From Clostridia bacterium (GTDB lineage Bacteria; Bacillota; Clostridia; Oscillospirales; Acutalibacteraceae): 40,034 nt of DNA. Shown here piece by piece: positions 17,957 to 25,115 of this stretch (position 1 is its first letter; each line of letters begins with the position of its first letter). Under the pieces are notes generated by a model. The model was not told where the DNA came from and searched no databases. It saw only the letters and a program-made list of their open reading frames with translations. Location of the stretch: assembly GCA_017622415.1 (NCBI GenBank), contig JAGARD010000133.1:1-40034 (forward strand), written 5' to 3'. The position numbers and the translations under genes are program-made.

Positions 17957-18133
17957 TTATTTTTCGTCTTTTTCTAAATTATCCAGTGCGTATTTACAGC
18001 ACTGCAATACCAATAAATTAAAAGAAATTTCATTTTCTGTTGCAATTTGATTAAGCTGTTCAAAAATCGGTTCTGTAAAGCGTACGGTACGGGAAATATT
18101 TGCAGCTTTAAATTCATTATTTATTTTAAACAT
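17957..18133 (-). CDS. Small ribbon-helix-helix (Arc/CopG-like) DNA-binding protein, 58 aa, missing from the ORF track
   Basis: Hand translation: MFKINNEFKAANISRTVRFTEPIFEQLNQIATENEISFNLLVLQCCKYALDNLEKDEK. AGGAG lies 8 nt upstream of the ATG. The layout is strand (RTVRF), helix, helix. Same strand as M1 and upstream of it. Confidence 0.6.
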   Translation of the reverse strand: MFKINNEFKAANISRTVRFTEPIFEQLNQIATENEISFNLLVLQCCKYALDNLEKDEK

Positions 18134-18194
18134 AGTATCAACTCCTACTACAATAGTATGTTAAAATTTATTTTAATTATATAACCAAATATAG

Positions 18195-18223
18195 TTGCAA
18201 AAATGGTTATACTATGTTAAAAT
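18195..18223 (+). promoter_or_regulatory. Strong promoter for the small Cys-rich ORF
   Basis: TTGCAA (18195..18200), 17 nt, TAAAAT (18218..18223), preceded by TGt (extended -10). Confidence 0.6.
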
Positions 18224-18239
18224 AGAATCGGTGATATAA

Positions 18240-18413
18240 ATGAAGTGTGAGAATTTATTTTGTGTGTATCAAAAAAACAATGAATGCATTTTGGAAGAAA
18301 TCGAGCTTGATATACTGGGGCAATGCCGTGAATGTATTTATATCGATCTACCTCAAGCTATTATTGATGAACAAAAAAATAAAATGCTATTTTCCTTTAA
18401 CTTAGAAAATTAA
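18240..18413 (+). CDS. Small Cys-rich hypothetical protein, 57 aa, missing from the ORF track
   Basis: Hand translation: MKCENLFCVYQKNNECILEEIELDILGQCRECIYIDLPQAIIDEQKNKMLFSFNLEN. Cys at positions 3, 8, 16, 29 and 32 (C-x4-C ... C-x2-C). GGTGA lies 5 nt upstream. The 3' end overlaps the convergent spoIIM-like gene by 17 nt. Confidence 0.45.
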   Translation: MKCENLFCVYQKNNECILEEIELDILGQCRECIYIDLPQAIIDEQKNKMLFSFNLEN

Positions 18414-19032
18414 AAAAGGATATAAACGAAGTCGACATAAGTGCCTCGACAAAGGCGGATGTTGCAAAGAAAATCAGTACAAAAAGCTGACGCATACAGT
18501 ATAGCTTAAAGTCCTGCTCAATGCGGGGCTTTTTTGTTTCGGGAAAGGCAAGTCTGGCAAGAGAAAGAGAAAAACCAACTGCTTCGCGTGAGGCTAAAAT
18601 TAGTCCTATAGAGGCTATGACAGCCGCGGGAATTAATATTAAAAGACTAAAAACTATACCCATTAAGCCGTATGTAAAGTAGGTGTAGGCAAAGGTCATT
18701 CCGTAAACCGCACCCCTTATTGCCAAGGCAGATGGAACTAAAATTGCCCCCACCATACAGGTGCCCGAAAGAAAAATCGCCGCCGCAAAGGGTAACTGGT
18801 CCAAAAATGAATTAAAAATTGCTAAAGCAAAGCCCGAATTTAACTTATTGTATAAATTTATAAACTCTTTGGAATAATATCCCGATACGGTATTTTTAGT
18901 TTTAAAAATAAGAACTCCTGCTAAAAAACCAAGTATTAGACAAAACACCATAAAAATAAGAGAATTGTTTTGGTTTATGGCTTCCAGTATGCTTGTCTTA
19001 TTTTTTGTCTTTTTACTGCTTGTATTTTTCAT
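18397..19032 (-). CDS. spoIIM: Stage II sporulation protein M-like integral membrane protein
   Basis: 211 aa and polytopic. Size, topology and the C-terminal segment (AFVEALMSTSF versus B. subtilis SpoIIM LFEAYVSPVL, from memory) fit the SpoIIM/DUF95 family. GGAGG lies 8 nt upstream. Confidence 0.55.
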   Translation of the reverse strand: MKNTSSKKTKNKTSILEAINQNNSLIFMVFCLILGFLAGVLIFKTKNTVSGYYSKEFINLYNKLNSGFALAIFNSFLDQLPFAAAIFLSGTCMVGAILVPSALAIRGAVYGMTFAYTYFTYGLMGIVFSLLILIPAAVIASIGLILASREAVGFSLSLARLAFPETKKPRIEQDFKLYCMRQLFVLIFFATSAFVEALMSTSFISFFNFLS

Positions 19033-19172
19033 TTTAAAATCCTCCGTTTTTAAAAATATATGTTAACGGAGGCTTTAATATTACTAAATCAAAAGTTTTA
19101 CATATAAAACATAATAATTCTGTCTGTGCTTTATTTTTACTAAAAAAATCTAACATTTTTTATAAAAATTGG

Positions 19173-19201
19173 TTGAAAATCACAAAGCGGTGTGATATAA
19201 T
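19173..19201 (+). promoter_or_regulatory. Promoter of the EF-G paralog gene
   Basis: TTGAAA (19173..19178), 17 nt, TATAAT (19196..19201). The spacer is the palindrome ATCACA-N6-TGTGAT (19179..19196). Confidence 0.65.
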
Positions 19202-19304
19202 CTATCTATAACACCTTTTCCGATGCTAAAACAGACGAAAATATGTTAATCCGATTAAAATTGGTCGGTCTTAAAATATCTCATAAGCAAAGGGGTTAAC
19301 CACA

Positions 19305-21353
19305 ATGAAACAGTATCAAACCGAATTTATTAAAAATCTGGCCTTGCTTGGTCACGCAAGCTCAGGTAAAACTACCGTGGCAGATGCTATGATTTTTGCC
19401 GCAGGCGGAACCGACCGTATTGGCAAAACTGCCGATGGCACCACAGTAATGGACTATGACGCAGAAGAGAAAAAACGTGGAACATCGGTTGTTACCGCTG
19501 TTTACCCCATCGAATGGAAGGATAAAAAAATCAATCTTTTAGATGCTCCCGGTCTTTTCGACTTTGCATCGGGCGTTCGTGAGGCTTTAACCGCCGCCGA
19601 ATCGGCTTTAATAGTTCTTTCGGGCAAATCGGGTCTTACTGTAGGTGCGGAGCAATGCTATGAGCTTGCTCGTGAGCAGGGCAAGTCAACCGCATTTTTC
19701 GTATCCAAGCTCGATTCCTCCCACGCACATTTTTATCGTATAGTTTCCATACTTACAGGCCGTTACGGTGCTGTTATCTGTCCTGTTTTCGTACCCGTTG
19801 TAGAAGGCGACCATGTTGTTTCTTATGTTAACCTTATTAACGGTAAGGGTTATACCTTTGACGGTCTTACTCCCAAGGAGTGCGAGGCAGGCACAGACGA
19901 AAACATTGAAGCAATGAGAAGTATGATGATTGAGGCTGTTGCCTCTGCCGATGAGGAGCTTATGGAAAAATACTTCTCAGGCGAGGAATTAACCGAACAG
20001 GAGATTATAGACGGCCTTAAAAAGGGGATGCTTTCGGGCGATATTTGTCCCGTATTCAGCGGAATTGGTCAAAGCGGCGACGGCATTATTCCTATGCTTG
20101 ATATTCTTTCTGAAATTTTACCCTCTCCCGCAGATGTTCCCTTTAAAATCAGTAAGGGTGAGGATATGGAGGTTGCTTACAGCACTCCCGACGGAGCCGC
20201 AACCGCAGTTGTTTTCAAAACCATTGCCGACCCGTTTGTTGGTAAGCTCTCATACTTTAAGGTACTCAAGGGCACACTTAAGGGCGATATGAAGGTTAAG
20301 GTTAGTCGCACAGGTGAGGAAGAAAAGCTTTCCAAGCTTTCCTACATAAAGGCAGGCAAGCAGGAGGAGGCAGAGGCTATTACCGCAGGTGATATTGGTT
20401 GTGCCTCCAAGCTGGGTAACGTTGTTACGGGCGATACTCTTTCGGCGGGCGAGGTTGTTACCGCCGTTACGGTACCTTTCCCAAATCCGACACTTTCTAT
20501 GGCTGTTTATCCTAAGAAAAAGGGAGACGAGGAAAAAATCGCATCAGGTCTTCAGCGTCTTTCGGAGGAAGACCCCACCGTTATCTATAAAATAGACGGC
20601 GAAACCAAGGAATCTGTTCTTTCGGGCCTTGGCGAACAGCATTTGGATGTTATTGTTTCCAAGCTTAAATCCAAATTCGGTGTTGAGGTTGAGCTTAAAA
20701 CTCCCGCCGTTGCATACCGTGAAACCATTAGAAAATCGGTTAAGGTTCAAGGCAGACATAAAAAGCAATCGGGCGGTCACGGTCAGTTTGGTGATGTTTG
20801 GATTGAATTTTCACCCTGTGATGAAGACGGACTTGTATTTGAGGAGCGTATCTTCGGCGGTGCAGTTCCTAAGAACTTCTTCCCCGCAGTTGAAAAGGGA
20901 CTTCAGGAGTCTATGAAAAAGGGCGTTTTGGCAGGCTACCCGATGGTAGGTGTTAAGGCAGTTTTAGTAGATGGCTCTTACCACCCTGTTGACTCATCTG
21001 AAATGGCATTTAAAACCGCTGCTTCTATAGCCTTTAAAGAGGGTATTTCTAATGCTTCTCCCACAATTTTGGAGCCTATCGGAACTCTGACCGCTGTTGT
21101 TCCCGATGATAATTTGGGCGATGTTATAGGCGATATTAATAAGCGTCGCGGCAGAGTTATAGGTATGAATCCCTTAAACGGACACAAGCAGGAGGTTATG
21201 GCAGAGGTTCCTATGGCAGAAATGGGTGATTTCTCCACCGCAATGCGTTCAATAACTCAGGGCAGAGGCACCTTTACTACTGAATTTGCAAGATATGAGG
21301 ATGCACCTGCACCTATTCAGCAAAAGATAATTCAAAAGGCAAATCAGGAATAG
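19305..21353 (+). CDS. Elongation factor G paralog with degenerate GTPase motifs
   Basis: 682 aa, colinear with EF-G across all five domains (QSGGHGQFG and GSYHPVDSSEMAFK in domain IV). The G1 motif GHASSGKT is intact. G3 reads DAPGLFDF instead of DTPGHVDF, and G4 reads SKLD instead of NKxD. Confidence 0.85.
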   Translation: MKQYQTEFIKNLALLGHASSGKTTVADAMIFAAGGTDRIGKTADGTTVMDYDAEEKKRGTSVVTAVYPIEWKDKKINLLDAPGLFDFASGVREALTAAESALIVLSGKSGLTVGAEQCYELAREQGKSTAFFVSKLDSSHAHFYRIVSILTGRYGAVICPVFVPVVEGDHVVSYVNLINGKGYTFDGLTPKECEAGTDENIEAMRSMMIEAVASADEELMEKYFSGEELTEQEIIDGLKKGMLSGDICPVFSGIGQSGDGIIPMLDILSEILPSPADVPFKISKGEDMEVAYSTPDGAATAVVFKTIADPFVGKLSYFKVLKGTLKGDMKVKVSRTGEEEKLSKLSYIKAGKQEEAEAITAGDIGCASKLGNVVTGDTLSAGEVVTAVTVPFPNPTLSMAVYPKKKGDEEKIASGLQRLSEEDPTVIYKIDGETKESVLSGLGEQHLDVIVSKLKSKFGVEVELKTPAVAYRETIRKSVKVQGRHKKQSGGHGQFGDVWIEFSPCDEDGLVFEERIFGGAVPKNFFPAVEKGLQESMKKGVLAGYPMVGVKAVLVDGSYHPVDSSEMAFKTAASIAFKEGISNASPTILEPIGTLTAVVPDDNLGDVIGDINKRRGRVIGMNPLNGHKQEVMAEVPMAEMGDFSTAMRSITQGRGTFTTEFARYEDAPAPIQQKIIQKANQE

Positions 21354-21389
21354 AAATTTTAAAATATTAAAAATAAGGCTTAATAAAAT

Positions 21390-21442
21390 GCTATAAAAAA
21401 ACCGAGATTCACCGCAATAAGTGAATCTCGGTTTTTTATAGC
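21390..21442. terminator. Bidirectional terminator between the EF-G paralog and rnfB
   Basis: GCTATAAAAAAACCGAGATTCAC pairs with GTGAATCTCGGTTTTTTATAGC, a long near-perfect stem with an ACCGAGATTCAC/GTGAATCTCGGT core and A/T runs. Confidence 0.85.
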
Positions 21443-21449
21443 CAAAGCA

Positions 21450-22241
21450 TTATTTTACAATAGAAATTATCTTTTGAGGACAGGCGGCTACACATTTTCC
21501 GCAAGCGGTACATTTTTCGGTATCGACAGTTGCAAGGAAGTTTTCTACCGTAATGGCACCAAATTCGCAGGCTCTTACACAAGCCGAGCAACCTATACAA
21601 GCGACCTTACAGTTCTTTCTTGCCACGCCGCCCTTTTGTTTGTTGCTGCAAGGAACAACTGCCGATGCTTTTTTGGTAACAATTGAAATCACCTGTTTGG
21701 GGCAGGTTTTAGCACAAAGACCGCAACCGCCGCAAAGTTCTTCATTTACGCTTGCAACACCGTCTTTAACTGATATTGCACCAAATTCGCAAACGTTTTG
21801 GCAGTCGCCAAGACCAAGACAGGCAAAATCGCAGGATTTCATACCTCCGCCTAAAGCCGCAGCAGCCTTACAGGATTGCAACCCAAAGTAATTGTATTTT
21901 GTTTCAGCATTGTCAGTACAACCGTTACAATTTACTCTTGCAACCTTTTGGGTGAGTTCAATCTCAACACCTAAAATTTCTGAAAGCTTTAAAGCGGCAT
22001 CCTTACCGCCGGGAGCACAAAGATTAGGCTCGGCAGAGCCGTTTTCTACCGCTTCGGCATAGGAATCACAACCAGCATAGCCACAAGCTCCACAGTTTGC
22101 ACCAGGCAAAGCATCGCGGATTTCGGCAAGACGTGCATTTTCCTCACCGCTATCGCAAAAATGAGATATTACGGCAAGCAAAATACCGCCTATAAGACCA
22201 ATTCCGCCAATAATTGCTACTGCTATTAAAATATCATTCAT
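21450..22241 (-). CDS. rnfB: Rnf complex subunit B (polyferredoxin)
   Basis: 263 aa. N-terminal TM helix followed by several Cys clusters (CGACGYAGC, CGGCGLCAKTCP, CIGCSACVRAC, CTACGKCVAACP). Last gene of the rnfCDGEAB string. Confidence 0.9.
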   Translation of the reverse strand: MNDILIAVAIIGGIGLIGGILLAVISHFCDSGEENARLAEIRDALPGANCGACGYAGCDSYAEAVENGSAEPNLCAPGGKDAALKLSEILGVEIELTQKVARVNCNGCTDNAETKYNYFGLQSCKAAAALGGGMKSCDFACLGLGDCQNVCEFGAISVKDGVASVNEELCGGCGLCAKTCPKQVISIVTKKASAVVPCSNKQKGGVARKNCKVACIGCSACVRACEFGAITVENFLATVDTEKCTACGKCVAACPQKIISIVK

Positions 22242-22314
22242 TGCAAAGCACCTCCCTAAGCTACACCTGCAAAGCCCAAGAAGGACAATGCAACAATGGA
22301 GGCGGCTATAAGAG

Positions 22315-22893
22315 TTATGGGTAACCCTTGTAAAAACTTAGGTACGTTGGATTTTCAAGTCGGGCGCGCACACCCGCAAAAAGAATCATAGAAAGCAAAA
22401 AGCCTGCACCTGCACCAAGGGCATTTGCCATACAAACCAAAAACACCTTGCCGCTTTCGTATCCACCACTTGCCGCGGCAAAATCTATAATTCTTTGATT
22501 GGTGAAGTGAAGTAAGGTAATACCAAGCACCGCACAGTTTGTGGTTATAAGGGGAAGATAAATACCAAGTGCCTTATAAAGGGGCGGTAAAAACCTTTTC
22601 ATTACAACCTCAAGCATTTGAACAAGTGCGGCAATAACCAAAATAAAGGCGATTGTTTGCAGATATTCAAGTCCTGCGGGGATAAGCAGAAATACATAAA
22701 TGGGGTAGGTAACTGCGGTGGCTAAAAGCATTACCAAAATAACCGCCATACCCATTGCAAATGCGGTATTAAGCTTTTTGGAAACCCCAAGGAAGGGACA
22801 AATACCTAGGAATTTTGAAAGCACCATATTATCGGTTAAAATTCCTGCGAGTAATACGGCTATAACCATTGACCATAATGATTGCTCAGGCAT
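22315..22893 (-). CDS. rnfA: Rnf complex subunit A, apparently truncated by a 1-nt frameshift near the 3' end
   Basis: The 192-aa ORF carries RnfA/NqrE hallmarks (KFLGICPFLGVSKK, LPLITTNCAVLG). The conserved C-terminus VPKFLQGLPITLIAASIVALSFLGFAGVA is encoded in another frame at 22256..22352. See the finding. Confidence 0.85.
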   Translation of the reverse strand: MPEQSLWSMVIAVLLAGILTDNMVLSKFLGICPFLGVSKKLNTAFAMGMAVILVMLLATAVTYPIYVFLLIPAGLEYLQTIAFILVIAALVQMLEVVMKRFLPPLYKALGIYLPLITTNCAVLGITLLHFTNQRIIDFAAASGGYESGKVFLVCMANALGAGAGFLLSMILFAGVRARLENPTYLSFYKGYP

Positions 22894-23626
22894 TTACATC
22901 TTCCTCCTTTCCTTTTTCGGCAGGGGGAGTGGCTTCGCTTTTTTCGCACTTTTCGGCATCACCGGCAAAGGGACAATTGCCATTTTGTGAGCAGCCGTCA
23001 CAGCCTATGCTTTCTACTACGGGCTTACCCTTTTTGTTAGCAATGGCATTAGAAACGGCAACAAGAATACCGAATACAAAGAAGCCTCCCGGGGGTAAAA
23101 TCATAATAAGCATTGGGTCTATAAAGCTTGCCGTAATGGGTAAAGAGAAAATTGTTCCTGCACCTATGAGCTCGCGGATAATACCCATAACGGTAAGGGT
23201 TGCCGTAAAGCCTATTCCCATACCAAGACCGTCTAAAATTGACGGTAAAACGGGATTTTTAGCGGCAAACATTTCGGCACGAGCAAGAATAATACAGTTT
23301 ACAACAATAAGGGGAAGAAAAATTCCAAGTGCCGCATCAATATCGGGTAAAAATGCCTTAACAAGCATTTGAACTATCGTAACAAAGCCCGCAATAATTG
23401 TAATGTAGGCGGGAATTCTAACCTTTGAGGGGATAATGTTGCGAAGCAGAGAAACCACCGCTCCCGAGCAAACAAGGACAAAGGTCGCCGAAAGACCCAT
23501 ACCTATACCGTTTAAAGCAGAGGTGGTAACGGCGAGGGTCGGACATGTACCAAGAACAAGTCTTAAAACGGGGTTTTCGGCTATGATGCCTTTGGTAAAA
23601 ATACTTAAAGCACCGTCTTTTTTCAT
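22886..23626 (-). CDS. rnfE: Rnf complex subunit E with a Cys-rich C-terminal tail
   Basis: 246 aa with RnfE/NqrD hallmarks (LVLGTCPTLAVTT, LPLIVVNCIILARAE). Its start shares TAATG with the rnfG stop. Confidence 0.9.
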   Translation of the reverse strand: MKKDGALSIFTKGIIAENPVLRLVLGTCPTLAVTTSALNGIGMGLSATFVLVCSGAVVSLLRNIIPSKVRIPAYITIIAGFVTIVQMLVKAFLPDIDAALGIFLPLIVVNCIILARAEMFAAKNPVLPSILDGLGMGIGFTATLTVMGIIRELIGAGTIFSLPITASFIDPMLIMILPPGGFFVFGILVAVSNAIANKKGKPVVESIGCDGCSQNGNCPFAGDAEKCEKSEATPPAEKGKEEDVNA

Positions 23627-24195
23627 TACTTGTCACCCTCCCCTTTTAAGTTTTTGTAAAGCTCCATAGCTAAATTAACCGAATTTGTAACGGCTTTTGA
23701 TGTTATGGTAGCACCTGTAACGGCTTGAATTTCATTTTCCTTTGCTCCCGATTTAACAACCGAAAGCTCGGCATTTTTATCTTTAAATTGGTCGGTAAAT
23801 GAAGCTCTTCCTGCATTTTGACCAAGACCTGGTGTTTCGTTTGATACATCAGTAATTTCAACAGCGGTAATTTTGCCCGAAGCATCAATTCCTACAACGC
23901 ATTTTACTGCACCGCCGTAGCCGTTGGAGGAAAGAGTAAAGGCATAGCCTACCGTATCACTGCCGTTTTGAGCCTTAAAATAGGTGTATTTTGTATCATT
24001 ATAGGTAAGCTCGGCTTTATCGTAGTTTTCTGCCTTAATAACCTTTTCAACCGCCGCCTTTTCGGCTTGACATTCAAGCTGACTTATTTTTTCTGCGGTT
24101 AATAGATTTGTACCGCCAAGCAGTCCTGCCATAACGGCGGCTATAAGGGTTAAAACAATAATGGGCTTTAAAAAGTTCCACACATTATTTTTCAT
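23626..24195 (-). CDS. rnfG: Rnf complex subunit G (FMN-binding)
   Basis: 189 aa. N-terminal TM helix and the covalent-FMN motif context VTGATITSKAV near the C-terminus. Confidence 0.88.
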   Translation of the reverse strand: MKNNVWNFLKPIIVLTLIAAVMAGLLGGTNLLTAEKISQLECQAEKAAVEKVIKAENYDKAELTYNDTKYTYFKAQNGSDTVGYAFTLSSNGYGGAVKCVVGIDASGKITAVEITDVSNETPGLGQNAGRASFTDQFKDKNAELSVVKSGAKENEIQAVTGATITSKAVTNSVNLAMELYKNLKGEGDK

Positions 24196-25114
24196 CTCGT
24201 TTTACCTCCGTTCCAAAGGGCTTACAGGTGGTAAGACGGGTTATGTGGGGTGTTAATATGTTCATAAGTAAAATTGCAAAGGAAACACCCTCGGGCAGAT
24301 TTCCAAAATGACGAATTACAACCGTAATAAGACCTGCACCTACGCCGAATATTACCTTACCCCATCTTGTAGGGGGAGAGGTAACATAATCGGTTGCCAT
24401 AAATATCGCACCTAGCATTAAACCGCCCGAAAGAAGTGTGCGAAGCGGGTCATCGCCCAGAGCCCACGATAAAGCGGCGGCAGATAGGAAAAATGCAAGG
24501 GGTAGTTCGGGGGTAATTACCTTGCGAAGAACAAGATAAATACCGCCTGCAAGGAGTAAAAGGGCTGAGGTTTCGCCAATACAGCCTGGATAGTTTCCAA
24601 AGAAAAGGCCTGTTATATCGGTAGGGATTTGCTGACTTCCCGAAAGGGGTGTGGCGGTAGAAATAGCATCGGAAGCAACAAATGGGTCCACAAATGTAGT
24701 CATAGCCGTTGGGAAAGAAACCATAAGCGTAATTCGGGCTGTGATTGCAGGGTTGGCAAAGTTGTGACCCAAACCGCCGAACATCTGCTTTACTACGATT
24801 ATTGCAACGGCACTTCCCAAAGCCGCCATCCAAAGGGGAAGTGTAGGGGGCAGATTAAGACCAAGTAAAAGGCCCGTAACTATTGCACTTAAATCACGAA
24901 GAGTGGGTTCCTTTTTAATGGCACGGCACCATATATATTCAGCCACCACCGCCGATGCTACCGTTACGGCAACAATAAGCAGTGCGTGAAAGCCGAAAAA
25001 GAAAATTCCGCAAATGGTAGCGGGAAGCAGAGCAAAAATTACATCCAGCATAACGCCTGAGGTGTTATCTGTATTAGTGATATGGGGGGATGAGGTTATA
25101 TTCATTTTTTGCAT
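24185..25114 (-). CDS. rnfD: Rnf complex subunit D
   Basis: 309-aa polytopic membrane protein of the RnfD/NqrB type (SSPH at the N-terminus, ATPL, and the FMATDYVTSP FMN-attachment context). Confidence 0.9.
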   Translation of the reverse strand: MQKMNITSSPHITNTDNTSGVMLDVIFALLPATICGIFFFGFHALLIVAVTVASAVVAEYIWCRAIKKEPTLRDLSAIVTGLLLGLNLPPTLPLWMAALGSAVAIIVVKQMFGGLGHNFANPAITARITLMVSFPTAMTTFVDPFVASDAISTATPLSGSQQIPTDITGLFFGNYPGCIGETSALLLLAGGIYLVLRKVITPELPLAFFLSAAALSWALGDDPLRTLLSGGLMLGAIFMATDYVTSPPTRWGKVIFGVGAGLITVVIRHFGNLPEGVSFAILLMNILTPHITRLTTCKPFGTEVKRDEK

Positions 25115-25115
25115 A

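Noticed and set aside
17862-18050. 62-aa plus-strand ORF in the R-M control region.
   Set aside because: It has no SD, it runs straight through the 17-bp-arm inverted repeat, and it is antisense to the better-supported RHH gene, which has an SD and a recognisable fold pattern.
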